From: Patescibacteria group bacterium
Lineage (GTDB): Bacteria > Patescibacteriota > Microgenomatia > UBA1400 > Chisholmbacteraceae
Direction: 5' to 3'
Assembly (NCBI GenBank): GCA_022564195.1
Contig: JADFLW010000003.1
Span: forward strand, 12,747 to 76,746
Length of the DNA: 64,000 nucleotides
A model generated the notes under the pieces. The model did not search any database and was not told the DNA's origin. It saw only the letters and a program-made list of their open reading frames with translations. Of this stretch, positions 20,112 to 30,172 are shown in pieces; position 1 is the stretch's first letter, and every line of letters starts with the position of its first letter. The position numbers were made by a program, and so were the translations under genes.

Positions 20112-20925
20112 ACTCATTCCAATTCTTCTCCTCGCATTGCTTGTTGTTGCCGGAATCTTGGGCTTGAAGTTCTTGCGATCGCGAGGTGAGGATCAAGAAG
20201 AAACCCGAGGATCTGCTCCGAGAGTTGAACCGGTTAATCAGCTCCCGATCAGTCTGCGTCCGTTTACCCTAATCATCCCAAGATCGGATGGAAGAGAAGT
20301 ACGCATCATTATCAACCGCTTAGAAAGCGCTTCGCAAGCTGAATACGAACTTGAGTATCAAGCCGGCACGCTTCTTCAGGGAGCATTCGGAAAAATCGAC
20401 TTTACGAAAGAAGAGGCGCCAGTGACGAGAAATATCCTTCTTGGCTCTTGCAGCGCTGGAGGAAAGTGTAGCTATCACGAAAACGTCATCGGAGGGACGC
20501 TTCTTCTCCGCTACGCAAACGGAGAAACCACGGCGCTCAAAAGCGAGTGGAACTTTCAAGTGATGAGCGAACAAGAGGGGCGATTCACCTCCCGCGACGC
20601 AAAGTTCACGTATGATGTCGGAAAAAACGGCCTCTCTGCTCGCACCTTCGTGATCATTGCACAGACCATGGGATTGCCAGCACCGGTCGATGGAGAAGTG
20701 GTCGGCGGCCCCTACGCGGTGAGTTTGCCCAAAGGAGTTTCACCAAGAGCGAGAGAGATAGAGCTTACATTGCGTGCGAGCACCACCGATTCGAATGTCA
20801 AACTCTTGGGTTGGACAGAAAACGGCTGGATCGAATACGAGGTCAAACAAAGCGGAAAAACCCTCGAAGCCGTTGTCGACCAAGCCACCACCTTCGTTGC
20901 GGTAATAACTCCAAGCACTCCATAA
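20092..20925 (+). CDS. hypothetical secreted/membrane-anchored protein
   Basis: N-terminal signal/TM segment. No recognisable motifs. Confidence 0.35.
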   Translation: MKGLKPKLIPILLLALLVVAGILGLKFLRSRGEDQEETRGSAPRVEPVNQLPISLRPFTLIIPRSDGREVRIIINRLESASQAEYELEYQAGTLLQGAFGKIDFTKEEAPVTRNILLGSCSAGGKCSYHENVIGGTLLLRYANGETTALKSEWNFQVMSEQEGRFTSRDAKFTYDVGKNGLSARTFVIIAQTMGLPAPVDGEVVGGPYAVSLPKGVSPRAREIELTLRASTTDSNVKLLGWTENGWIEYEVKQSGKTLEAVVDQATTFVAVITPSTP

Positions 20926-21004
20926 GTCAGTCAAACTCTCTTTTAATCCGCCTTCGCGAAAATCTCCGGCCTTTCAGGCCTGAGAGCTTCAATCTGCCTC
21001 TTGA

Positions 21005-21054
21005 CAAAGTGCATCAAAGTGCTCTTGAATGGTAAGTAGTGGTGAAAAGTGGTG
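21005..21054 (+). promoter_or_regulatory. MraZ-box-like direct repeats (AAAGTG[C/G]) upstream of mraZ
   Basis: 'CAAAGTGCatCAAAGTGC' then 'AGTGGTGaaAAGTGGTGaa' with about 10-bp periodicity, about 60-100 bp upstream of the mraZ ATG. TATAAAT at 21064-21070. Confidence 0.35.
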
Positions 21055-21112
21055 AATCAACCTATAAATAGAGATAGTCTCTAATCCTCTGCCTGGGGTA
21101 GATGAAAAAGCA

Positions 21113-21544
21113 GTGTTCATAGGAATTTATTATCACACATTGGAAGCAAAAGGCAGGCTGGCGATACCAGCAAGCTTTCGTCGCAACCTTGACAAGGGAA
21201 GTGTCGTAACTCGGGGACTTGATGGATGTCTTTTTCTCTTTCCTGCCCGCGACTGGAGAAAGTTCGTAAAAAAACTCCAACAAAGTCCTTTAACCCAGAA
21301 GAAAGCCCGCGAATTCGTACGGCTCATGACGCACCAAGCAGCAGAGGTTGAATTTGACAGCCAAGGAAGGACAAGAATACCAAGTTACTTGCAGGAGCTT
21401 GCCGGTTTGAAAAAGGAGGTGGTCATTGCCGGATCACTCGACAGGATAGAAATTTGGGACAAAGCACGCTATCACCGATACATGAGAAAGATTGAAGAAA
21501 GAAGCGAAGAGATTGCTGAAAGCCTAACAGAACTCGGTATTTAA
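21113..21544 (+). CDS. mraZ: transcriptional regulator MraZ
   Basis: 'GRLAIPASFRRNL...GLDGCLFLFPARDW' double MraZ-domain pattern. Confidence 0.85.
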   Translation: MFIGIYYHTLEAKGRLAIPASFRRNLDKGSVVTRGLDGCLFLFPARDWRKFVKKLQQSPLTQKKAREFVRLMTHQAAEVEFDSQGRTRIPSYLQELAGLKKEVVIAGSLDRIEIWDKARYHRYMRKIEERSEEIAESLTELGI

Positions 21545-21701
21545 GGTTATATACGGCGGACAGAGAAAGGAGAGGCGATGACGATGTTCAACGGCGAAGA
21601 AATACGCGAGAAGCTGCAAGACCATCTGAGCCGACTCCAAGTTCAAACCCAGATTGAGGGACAAGAGCCCCCAAGAGAGGAGGAAATGCCTCAAGCAAAC
21701 G

Positions 21702-22628
21702 ATGAGCAACCACAAGAAGGGTAAGCATGTCCCGGTGCTGACCAAGGAAGCGATTCAAGGACTGAATGTACAAAAAGGAAAGCAATACATCGACGCGACT
21801 GTAGGGGACGCAGGACATGCAACAAGAATCATAAAGAAAGGAGGACTCGTTTTAGCCATCGATTGGGATCCAGGGGCCGTAAAAAGGGCAAAACAACGGC
21901 TGAAGGAAGTTTGCCTTGCCCCAAACCAGGTTTTGCGGGGCCCTACCCAGCCGTTCATCTGTGTCGTCGGGAACTTCAAGAACTTGGCAAAGATTGCAGG
22001 AAAATACGGATTCGGTCACCCAGCAGGCATTCTTTTCGATCTTGGAGTATCCTCACCCCAACTTGAAGATCCAAAGAGGGGCTTAAGCTTCACAAAAGAA
22101 GGACCGCTTGACATGCGACTGGATCCTTCACTGAAACGCACGGCAAAGGATTTGATCAACGAATTGAGTCAGGAGGAGCTCTATGAGATTTTTACTCGAA
22201 ATGCTCAGGAGGAGCTGGCTCGGCCAATTAGCAAGGCTATTGTCCGCGCCCGTCGCCTAAAACCAGTAGCGACAACAGTTGAGCTTGCCGAAATTGTACG
22301 GGGTGTCGCTGCAACCAGGCGAGGAAGGAGCAAGCTCCATCCGGCAACTAAGGTATTTTTGGCATTACGCATAGAAGTAAATGAGGAAACTGCCAACCTC
22401 AAAGAAGGGGTCTTCCAGGCAATCGACTTACTTAGACCTGAAGGGAGACTCGTGGTCATAAGTTTCCACGAAACCGAAGACAGAATCGTCAAGCACGCCT
22501 TGCGAAAGGGGTTGAGAGAAAAAAAACTCACGATTCTCACACGAAAGCCCATGACAGCATCGATGCCTGAGAGAACAAGGAATCCGAGAGCACGAAGCGC
22601 GAAACTGCGAATCGCCGAACGTCTATGA
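21702..22628 (+). CDS. rsmH: 16S rRNA (cytosine1402-N4)-methyltransferase RsmH/MraW
   Basis: 'HVPVLTKEAI...YIDATVGDAGHA'. Start taken at ATG 21702. The ORF track extends it to a TTG at 21654. Confidence 0.85.
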   Translation: MSNHKKGKHVPVLTKEAIQGLNVQKGKQYIDATVGDAGHATRIIKKGGLVLAIDWDPGAVKRAKQRLKEVCLAPNQVLRGPTQPFICVVGNFKNLAKIAGKYGFGHPAGILFDLGVSSPQLEDPKRGLSFTKEGPLDMRLDPSLKRTAKDLINELSQEELYEIFTRNAQEELARPISKAIVRARRLKPVATTVELAEIVRGVAATRRGRSKLHPATKVFLALRIEVNEETANLKEGVFQAIDLLRPEGRLVVISFHETEDRIVKHALRKGLREKKLTILTRKPMTASMPERTRNPRARSAKLRIAERL

Positions 22629-22930
22629 ATCGAAAACCATCTGAAGCACCACATCGGAGGCTGATAGCGATAGCTATCGTGTCTGTTGTAACCTTCTTGG
22701 CGGCGAACCTGTTTGTTTCCAATGTATTGGCGACAAGCGGTGAAAAGTTGCGGGACCTGAAGCGTAGGCAGGAGAATCTCCTGGATCAAAATAGCAGATT
22801 AAGAGCCGAGATCATTGAAAAAAGCGCCCTCACGGCCCTTGAGGATCGGGCGCAAAAGCTTGGATTTGTTAAATCGACTCAGACCTTGAGCATCTCTTCG
22901 CAACCACCAGTAGCGATGCATCAACAATGA
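22625..22930 (+). CDS. ftsL: FtsL-like cell division protein
   Basis: Small single-TM protein with a coiled-coil, located between rsmH and ftsI, with ATGA overlaps on both sides. Confidence 0.5.
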   Translation: MNRKPSEAPHRRLIAIAIVSVVTFLAANLFVSNVLATSGEKLRDLKRRQENLLDQNSRLRAEIIEKSALTALEDRAQKLGFVKSTQTLSISSQPPVAMHQQ

Positions 22931-24672
22931 TGAAGCGACGCCTGAATTTCTTGCTTGCAGTTCTTCTTCTGACAACGGTAGCCATCGTCATCCGTCTCTT
23001 CTACTGGCAAGTGATCGCCGCGGAGCAGTTAGTTGTCCTCTCAGAAAGCCAACTGCAAGAAACTTACGAAATTCCCGCAATGCGAGGCGAAATCCGCACC
23101 AGCGATGGATTTCCGCTGGTGACGAACAAGAAAACATTTTTGGTATACGCCTACCTCCCTCAACTTGAAAAAACTCGCGAAGAGGTGGCAGATGCCCTAA
23201 ACCCTATTCTCGCATCACTCATGTTTCAAGAAGCCTCGCCTTCTGCCCAGCCTGCACTGACCTCACGAGAAAACGAGGCACATGAAGCGCTTCTTATGAA
23301 ACTGAAGCGTCAGGATGTGCTGTGGATTCCACTCGTCCGAAACGCCCAAAATTGGCAAAAAAAAGCGGTCGAAAAGCTTGAGATCAAAGGCATAGGAACA
23401 GAGTTCTCTTTCAGGCGAGAATATCCAGAGGCATCCATGGCAGCCAGCCTTTTAGGGTTTGTCGGAAGTGACATTGCTGGAAATCCAAAAGGCTATTTTG
23501 GTGTCGAGGGACACTACGGTCTGGAACTCAAGGGGAGGCCCGGCTTGGTGCGGCATGAAAAAGATGCTTCAGGAAAGCCAATTCTGATCGGGAATTTCAG
23601 TGAACTCGAAGCCAAAGACGGAAGAAATTTGGTGCTCCACCTGGACCGAGCCATACAAAGAATCGTCGAAAAAAAGCTTCAAGAGGGGCTTGAGAAATAC
23701 AAAGCAGTACGGGGAGAGGTTGTGATTCTTGAGCCCAAAACTGGAGCCGTGATTGCTATGGCTTCTCTCCCAGGTTACGATCCTTCGCAATTCCATCGGT
23801 ACGACGAGAAATTGTACAAAAATCCCGTGGTCTCGGAAGCATACGAGCCGGGCTCCGCGTTTAAAGTGCTTGTCATGGCAGCAGCGCTGGAGGAAGGAGC
23901 AGTGAAACCAGAAACCCGCTGCACAATATGCGATGGACCAGTGAACATCGGAGGATACACAATCCGTACTTGGAACGATGAATATCATCCGGAGATGACC
24001 GTGCGAGAAGTCATCCAATACTCAGATAATGTCGGGATGGTGTTCACGGCTTCCAAGCTGGGCTTGGCGAAACTCCATGAATATTTAGTCCGTTTCGGGA
24101 TTGGAGAAAAGACGGGAATTGATCTCGAGGAAGAGACCGCAGCATCACTGCGACCGAAAGAGGAGTGGAAAGAAATAGACATCGCAACAGCCGCGTTTGG
24201 TCAGGGAATCGCGGTGACCGGCATCCAAATGGTACGAGCGGTTGCCGCAATAGCCAACAACGGAATCATGATGGTTCCTCAAGTCGTGCAGAGGGTAGAG
24301 GGAGACAGGACAGTAGAAATTCAGCCAAAAATAGTGAAAAGAGTGGTATCGGAAGAAACGGTAGAGATCCTAACGGAGATGTTGGTCAATGCGGTTGAGA
24401 ACGGGGAAGCCCAATGGGCAAGACCAAAAGGATTTAAAATTGCCGGCAAGACCGGTACATCGCAAATCCCGGTCGCAGGGCACTACGACGAAGAAAAAAC
24501 AATCGCAAGCTTTATTGGATTTGCCCCCGCCGATGACCCGAAGTTTGTCATGCTCGTCAAACTGAGAGAACCGGGAACCTCACCTTGGGGATCCGAAACA
24601 GCAGCGCCACTCTGGTTTTCAATTGCCAAAGACCTGTTTTATTACTACGGAATCCAACCGCAGATATACTAA
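22927..24672 (+). CDS. ftsI: penicillin-binding protein 2B/3, FtsI transpeptidase
   Basis: SxxK ('SAFKV'), SxN ('YSDN') and KTG ('KTGTSQ') motifs, with an N-terminal TM segment. Confidence 0.85.
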   Translation: MMKRRLNFLLAVLLLTTVAIVIRLFYWQVIAAEQLVVLSESQLQETYEIPAMRGEIRTSDGFPLVTNKKTFLVYAYLPQLEKTREEVADALNPILASLMFQEASPSAQPALTSRENEAHEALLMKLKRQDVLWIPLVRNAQNWQKKAVEKLEIKGIGTEFSFRREYPEASMAASLLGFVGSDIAGNPKGYFGVEGHYGLELKGRPGLVRHEKDASGKPILIGNFSELEAKDGRNLVLHLDRAIQRIVEKKLQEGLEKYKAVRGEVVILEPKTGAVIAMASLPGYDPSQFHRYDEKLYKNPVVSEAYEPGSAFKVLVMAAALEEGAVKPETRCTICDGPVNIGGYTIRTWNDEYHPEMTVREVIQYSDNVGMVFTASKLGLAKLHEYLVRFGIGEKTGIDLEEETAASLRPKEEWKEIDIATAAFGQGIAVTGIQMVRAVAAIANNGIMMVPQVVQRVEGDRTVEIQPKIVKRVVSEETVEILTEMLVNAVENGEAQWARPKGFKIAGKTGTSQIPVAGHYDEEKTIASFIGFAPADDPKFVMLVKLREPGTSPWGSETAAPLWFSIAKDLFYYYGIQPQIY

Positions 24673-24707
24673 GTGCGGAAATCCCCCAGTTTAGTATAAT
24701 TTCAGCC

Positions 24708-25973
24708 ATGAAACCCAGTGCAGGGGAAGTGTTGAGAAACCAAAGGGCAGTTGTGTGGATTCGTGGTCTGATTCCGCATCGTTTGCTGAATAGGGTGTAT
24801 CATTTGCCTCGAGCAGTGATCGCAAATGCGGTATATAGGTTTCCTTCTAAAAGGCTCACCGTTGTTGGTGTGACCGGAACCAAAGGAAAAACGACAACCG
24901 CTCACATGATGTACCATATTTTGAGAGAGCAGAAGAAGAACGTGTTGCTCATCTCAACCATCGGTGCGTTCTTTGGCCCAACCAAGATTGACACAGGACT
25001 GCATGTCACAAATCCTGAACCATTTGCGCTGCAAAAACTCCTCCGTCAGGCAGCGGACGAAGGATACGAGTATGTGGTCCTCGAGGTCACAAGCCATGGA
25101 CTGGCTCAATTCAGAAATTGGGGAATTCGGTTTGCCTTGGGGGTGTTCACGCAAGTGCGCGCCGATCATATCACCTACCACGGAGGGGTAGAGGAATATA
25201 AGAAAGCCAAATCCAGGCTCGTAAAAATGTCAAGCAAAGTTGTGCTCAACAGTGATGATCCGAGCCTAAAGTACTTGCTATCCGTGGCCAAACAACACGA
25301 TGTTCCCGCAGTTTTCTATAAAGGAAGTGAAAAGCGCCTTAAGTCTCAGAATGAAGAAGCTGCAATTGCTGCGGCAGTGGAGCTTGGGATTAGAGAAAGC
25401 GAAAGCCGGAAAGCGCTGGAATCATTTCCCGGGATTCCTGGCCGCATGGAGGTGATGAAAAAAAGACCGTTCACTCTTGTCATCGATTTCGCCCACACTC
25501 CAGAGAGTTTGGAGGCCTCACTGAGTGAGCTCCGTCCGATGGTAAAGAAAGACGGGAAGTTGCTTGCGGTCTTCGGCTGTGCCGGTGACAGAGATCCGGG
25601 TCGAAGAAAGATGGGCGCCGTGGCTGCAAAATTGTCAGACATGTTTATCATCACCGCTGAAGATCCCAGGACAGAAGGGGTTGAGAAGATAAGCGATGAG
25701 ATCAGAAGGCACGCGCTATCAGCAGGAGCAAGAGAGATCCCGCTTAAAAAAGCCGTACCGTCGAACAAGAAAAATGGAGCGACGTTCACTCATATCCCAG
25801 ACAGACAAGAAGCAATAAACTTCGCAATTGCCAATGCAAATCCCGGTGATGTGATAGGATTCTTTGGCAAGGGTCATGAGAAGAGTATGTGTTTTGGTGC
25901 GACAGAATACACCTGGTCCGAGCATAAGGCAGTGCGAAAAGCGTTATCATTACGGGAGAAAGGGAAAAGATGA
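24708..25973 (+). CDS. murE: UDP-N-acetylmuramoyl-tripeptide synthetase (MurE-type Mur ligase)
   Basis: 'VVGVTGTKGKTTTAHM' Mur-ligase P-loop. Start at 'MKPSAGE', downstream of the ftsI stop. The amino-acid specificity cannot be determined from the sequence. Confidence 0.75.
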   Translation: MKPSAGEVLRNQRAVVWIRGLIPHRLLNRVYHLPRAVIANAVYRFPSKRLTVVGVTGTKGKTTTAHMMYHILREQKKNVLLISTIGAFFGPTKIDTGLHVTNPEPFALQKLLRQAADEGYEYVVLEVTSHGLAQFRNWGIRFALGVFTQVRADHITYHGGVEEYKKAKSRLVKMSSKVVLNSDDPSLKYLLSVAKQHDVPAVFYKGSEKRLKSQNEEAAIAAAVELGIRESESRKALESFPGIPGRMEVMKKRPFTLVIDFAHTPESLEASLSELRPMVKKDGKLLAVFGCAGDRDPGRRKMGAVAAKLSDMFIITAEDPRTEGVEKISDEIRRHALSAGAREIPLKKAVPSNKKNGATFTHIPDRQEAINFAIANANPGDVIGFFGKGHEKSMCFGATEYTWSEHKAVRKALSLREKGKR

Positions 25974-27247
25974 GCCAAGTTACCGCAGTCCTCCTTGCAG
26001 GTGGTGTCGGCAAGCGCCTTTGGCCAATGACTCAGGATAAAAGCCTCCTTCGATTTTTGGACAAACCGCTCATTGCGCATACAGCCTTGGCACTGAGGAA
26101 CGCCGGAATTACGCATGTGGTTGTAGTCGCCAACAGACAAAATCAAAAAGCACTACAGGAGCTCAAGGGAGGAACGGTAGTCGTTCAAAAGAACCCTCTT
26201 GGAATGGGGGATGCCATGCTGACGGTGCGAACCCACATCAAAGGAAGCTCGATCCTTGTCGTCAATGCTGCCGACATTGTCGATCAAAAGTTGTACGAAA
26301 ATATTCTCCAGAAAGCTCAAAAGACGAGTGCGGACATCATTATTCCGGGCTTGGAAAGAAAAGAGTATTTTCCTGGGGGATACCTGAGAATCGAGGGGGG
26401 GAAAGTGGTCGAAGTAGTTGAGAAGCCTGGAGAGGGAAGGCGGCCGAGCAATTTGGTCAATCTGGTCGCGCACTTTTTCCGAAACGCGAATGAGTTTCTT
26501 GAAAAGATTCAAAAGACGGATTCAAAAAGAGATGATGTGTACGAGCAGGCCTTGTCCGCGCTTCTCAAAACCAAGAAGGCGGAGGTAATTCGCTACAAAG
26601 GCCCGTTTGGATGGATAAAATACCCCTGGGATATCTTGGAGATGTCAAGCCTTTTCTTGAGAGAAAGAGTGAGCACATCGAGCATAAGCCGAAAGGCATC
26701 CATTCATGGTTCAGCAATCATTGAAGGCCCGGTGGTTATTGAGAGCGGGGCGAAGGTGCTCGAGCACGCAGTGATCAAAGGCCCGACATACATTGGAGCC
26801 AACTCCACAATTGGAACAAGCGCCTTGGTTCTTGAGTCGATGATAGGGAGAAATTGTATGGTTGGCTTCGCGAGTGAGGTAGCAAGGAGTTATCTGGGGA
26901 ACGGGTGTTGGCTGCATACCAACTACATCGGCGACTCGGTGTTCGAAGGGGAAAACTATTTGGGCGCAGGTGCCGTGACCGCAAATTTCCGATTCGATGA
27001 AAACAACATCCATTCAACAGTAGAGGGAAAAAGGATGAACACGAAACGGACCAAACTCGGAGCTATCCTTGGTCGAGGTGCCCGTGTTGGAGTCAACGCC
27101 AGCCTGATGCCGGGAGTGAAAATCGGCTCGGGTGCATTCGTTGGTCCCGGTGTCGTGCAGTATTCGGATATGAATGCTCAAGGTCGAGTATTCATGGATC
27201 GAGCTCTAGTTCGTGAGTCAATACGAAAGAAGAAAAACGATCAATGA
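25970..27247 (+). CDS. bifunctional-type sugar nucleotidyltransferase (NTP-transferase N-domain + LbH C-domain, GlmU-like)
   Basis: 'LLAGGVGKRLWPMT' nucleotidyltransferase signature plus C-terminal hexapeptide repeats. Confidence 0.55.
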   Translation: MSQVTAVLLAGGVGKRLWPMTQDKSLLRFLDKPLIAHTALALRNAGITHVVVVANRQNQKALQELKGGTVVVQKNPLGMGDAMLTVRTHIKGSSILVVNAADIVDQKLYENILQKAQKTSADIIIPGLERKEYFPGGYLRIEGGKVVEVVEKPGEGRRPSNLVNLVAHFFRNANEFLEKIQKTDSKRDDVYEQALSALLKTKKAEVIRYKGPFGWIKYPWDILEMSSLFLRERVSTSSISRKASIHGSAIIEGPVVIESGAKVLEHAVIKGPTYIGANSTIGTSALVLESMIGRNCMVGFASEVARSYLGNGCWLHTNYIGDSVFEGENYLGAGAVTANFRFDENNIHSTVEGKRMNTKRTKLGAILGRGARVGVNASLMPGVKIGSGAFVGPGVVQYSDMNAQGRVFMDRALVRESIRKKKNDQ

Positions 27248-27990
27248 AGAATGTCGCAGCGATCGTTCTTGCTGCCGGAAAAGGAACACGAATTAACGCC
27301 CTGACAACCAACAAAGTTCTGTTCCCACTAGCGGGGAAGCCAATGATTGGATACACTGCTGAGCTTCTCCGCAAGACAGGTGTTTCTCCAATTGTGGTTG
27401 TGGTCGGCTTCAAGGGGAAGGAGGTCATGCGCTTCTTAGGCCGCGGATTTGTGTATGTCAATCAAGGCAAGCTTCTTGGCACGGGCCATGCGGTTCAAAA
27501 AGCAATGACAAAGCTACCCCAAGAAACAAAACAGACATTGGTGCTCAATGGAGACGATTCGGCGTTTTATACTCCGCAATTGTTGAAAGATTTAATAAAC
27601 CTTCATCTCAGATCTCACGCGGTCATGACCGTTCTTTCGGTCGAAAGGAAAGATCCAATAGGATACGGACGAATACTTCGGGATCGAAATGGAGAAGTTA
27701 CAGGAATTCGGGAGGAAAGGGATGTTACGGAAAAAGAAAAAAGGATAAAGGAAATCAACACGGGCGCCTATTGTTTCTCAGTGAGCTTCCTCAGAAAGTA
27801 CCTCAATAATATCAGAAAAAATCCCGTGAAAGGCGAATACTATCTCACTGATTTGGCAGAGTTAGCCGTGAAGGACAATCTAGACGTGGAGGCAGTCAAA
27901 GTGGATGATGAGACAGTCTCGTTGGGGGTGAATTCCCTGGAAGAATTGAAACAAGCAGATCGGCTGATGAGACAGAAGCTCAAGTCATGA
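27244..27990 (+). CDS. UDP-GlcNAc pyrophosphorylase-like nucleotidyltransferase (GlmU N-terminal domain only)
   Basis: 'LAAGKGTRINALTTNKVLFPLAGKPM...LGTGHAV' matches the GlmU uridyltransferase motifs. There is no LbH domain. Confidence 0.55.
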   Translation: MKNVAAIVLAAGKGTRINALTTNKVLFPLAGKPMIGYTAELLRKTGVSPIVVVVGFKGKEVMRFLGRGFVYVNQGKLLGTGHAVQKAMTKLPQETKQTLVLNGDDSAFYTPQLLKDLINLHLRSHAVMTVLSVERKDPIGYGRILRDRNGEVTGIREERDVTEKEKRIKEINTGAYCFSVSFLRKYLNNIRKNPVKGEYYLTDLAELAVKDNLDVEAVKVDDETVSLGVNSLEELKQADRLMRQKLKS

Positions 27991-28703
27991 TAACTATTCA
28001 TCTCTCACCAGATGCATATAGCGTTGTCACTGAAACCTCTGAAGGAAATATCGATGCTCGATTTGGTAAAAAGAGCCTGATCCAAAGCAATATCAAAAAC
28101 ATCGCAAAGCAACTGAAGATCAATCCATTGGATTTCGTCCAAATGCGACAAGTGCACAAAACACATATAGCGCGAGTTGGGAAAGCTCATCGAGGGACAA
28201 AGATCAAGGAAGTCGACGGCTTGATCACCGATGAGCCAGATGCTGTCCTGATGCTCCGTGTGGCTGACTGCATTCCGGTATTTCTTCTCGATCCCCAAAC
28301 CCGCGCAATCGGATTAGTCCATTCTGGATGGAGAGGGTCGATAGGAAAAATCATCCTTGTCGCAATCGAAAAGATGATGCTGGAATTCAACACGAACCCT
28401 CGTGATCTACACATAGCTCTCGGCCCATCAATCCAAGCCTGCTGCAACAGATGGGAAAGACCACCGCTGCAACTGGAGCTTCCCGAATGGGAGCCGTTTG
28501 TTACAAAAAAAGGAAATGGATTTGCGGTCGATCTTCCGGCATTCGTGGTCGACACTTCCATCAAGGCAGGCGTCAAAAGAGAAAACATAACCATGTCGAA
28601 AAATTGCACGGTAATGGATCGTAAATTTTTTTCCCACAGGCGATCTCAAGAAACCGGTGAAGCGGAAGGTCGCTTCGCCACAATTATAGGGCTAAAATCC
28701 TGA
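27987..28703 (+). CDS. pgeF: peptidoglycan editing factor PgeF / YfiH (Cu-oxidase_4, DUF152) family
   Basis: 'ADCIPVFLLDP...GLVHSGWRGS' conserved Cys/His motifs. Confidence 0.7.
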   Translation: MITIHLSPDAYSVVTETSEGNIDARFGKKSLIQSNIKNIAKQLKINPLDFVQMRQVHKTHIARVGKAHRGTKIKEVDGLITDEPDAVLMLRVADCIPVFLLDPQTRAIGLVHSGWRGSIGKIILVAIEKMMLEFNTNPRDLHIALGPSIQACCNRWERPPLQLELPEWEPFVTKKGNGFAVDLPAFVVDTSIKAGVKRENITMSKNCTVMDRKFFSHRRSQETGEAEGRFATIIGLKS

Positions 28704-28762
28704 AATAAGGATAGACGGCCGTCGACACAGATTCAGGATTCAAAAGCAAAAAACTCAAGATA

Positions 28763-30172
28763 ATGAATATCAACAGGATACACAACATCCATTTTTCTGG
28801 AATAAAGGGCGTCGGGATGACTGCGCTTGCTCTCTATGCTCAGGATATGGGGAAGAACATCACCGGTAGTGATGTTGCCGAAGAGTTCGTTACCCAAAAA
28901 GTTTTACAACGTCGCAACCTTCCGATATCGGTGGGACTGAGTGAAGACAGTGTGCCTCCTGATACAGGAGCGTTGGTGTATTCGGCAGCCCATCCCAAGA
29001 ATCCGCAAATTCGATATGCAGAGAAGAAAAGCATTCCTGTATTGAGTTACGCCCAAGCCTTGGCGCAGTTGACAAGCGAGAAACAAATCGTTGCGGTCTG
29101 CGGAGTGGGAGGGAAGTCAACCACAGCCGCAATGATTGCAACAATTCTTCATAAAGCTCGGATGAGCCCAAGCTTTGTCATCGGAGTCGGGAATATCTCA
29201 AGCTTTGGCGTTCCAGGTAGATTCGTGGAAGGCAAACATGCTGTTGTCGAAGCGGATGAGTACGTCACTGTCCCAAACGCAGATATGACTCCCAAATTTC
29301 TTTATCTCAATCCCAAGATCATCGTGGTAACCAATATCGAACATGATCACCCTGACGTCTACAAAAACTTGGACGAAACAAAGCAAGCATTCCAAAGATT
29401 TTTCCGGCATCTCCCCAATGATGGATTGCTCGTGGCAAACATCGACAGCGCGAATGTGCAAAGCGCTTTAGTAAGCCTAAGAGAACTAAGGTTCAGCGCA
29501 GAGGTCGTGACCTATGGATTCTCACCGCAAGCGGACTGGCACATAGAAAAGATAGTGGTGAAAGACAATAAGACGCAGTGCACGGTAGGATTCGATGGAG
29601 TAAGCGCCGAGCTTACCTTAAGCATCCCGGGAAAGTTCAATGCGGCCAATGCTGTAGCTGCCATGGTAGTCGCCACTCATCTCGGCGTAGCTCACAGGGT
29701 GTCACGGCAAGCGCTCGAACAATTTAGAGGGACTAAGCGGCGCTTCCAACGCATCGGGAGTTTCAAAGGAGTAGAGGTTTGGGATGACTACGCACACCAT
29801 CCAAACCAGATCCAAGCCACACTTGCCGCCGCAAGAAACTGGTTTGCCAAACGAAGGCTCGTTGTCGTCTTCCAACCGCATACCTACTCAAGGACCAAAG
29901 CCCTGCTTGAGGATTTCGCGCAAGCCTTGAGTTTGGCTGACGAAGTCATCGTCACCGAAATCTACGCCTCAGCCCGAGAGAAAAAGGACCCATCAATATC
30001 AGGAAGCGTACTTGCCCAACGCACAGCGAAGCACCTCAAGAGCAGCAGATACATTCAGAAGGATGCCGTGCTAGAATATCTGAGAAGCTCCACAAAAAGC
30101 GGAGATGTAGTCATGACTCTGGGAGCCGGAGATATTTACAAAGTGGCAGAAGAAATGGTTGGAAGCGGATGA
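28763..30172 (+). CDS. murC: UDP-N-acetylmuramate--L-alanine ligase
   Basis: 'IHFSGIKGVGMTALALYAQDMGKNITGSD' MurC N-terminus and 'GVGGKSTTAAM' P-loop. Confidence 0.85.
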   Translation: MNINRIHNIHFSGIKGVGMTALALYAQDMGKNITGSDVAEEFVTQKVLQRRNLPISVGLSEDSVPPDTGALVYSAAHPKNPQIRYAEKKSIPVLSYAQALAQLTSEKQIVAVCGVGGKSTTAAMIATILHKARMSPSFVIGVGNISSFGVPGRFVEGKHAVVEADEYVTVPNADMTPKFLYLNPKIIVVTNIEHDHPDVYKNLDETKQAFQRFFRHLPNDGLLVANIDSANVQSALVSLRELRFSAEVVTYGFSPQADWHIEKIVVKDNKTQCTVGFDGVSAELTLSIPGKFNAANAVAAMVVATHLGVAHRVSRQALEQFRGTKRRFQRIGSFKGVEVWDDYAHHPNQIQATLAAARNWFAKRRLVVVFQPHTYSRTKALLEDFAQALSLADEVIVTEIYASAREKKDPSISGSVLAQRTAKHLKSSRYIQKDAVLEYLRSSTKSGDVVMTLGAGDIYKVAEEMVGSG

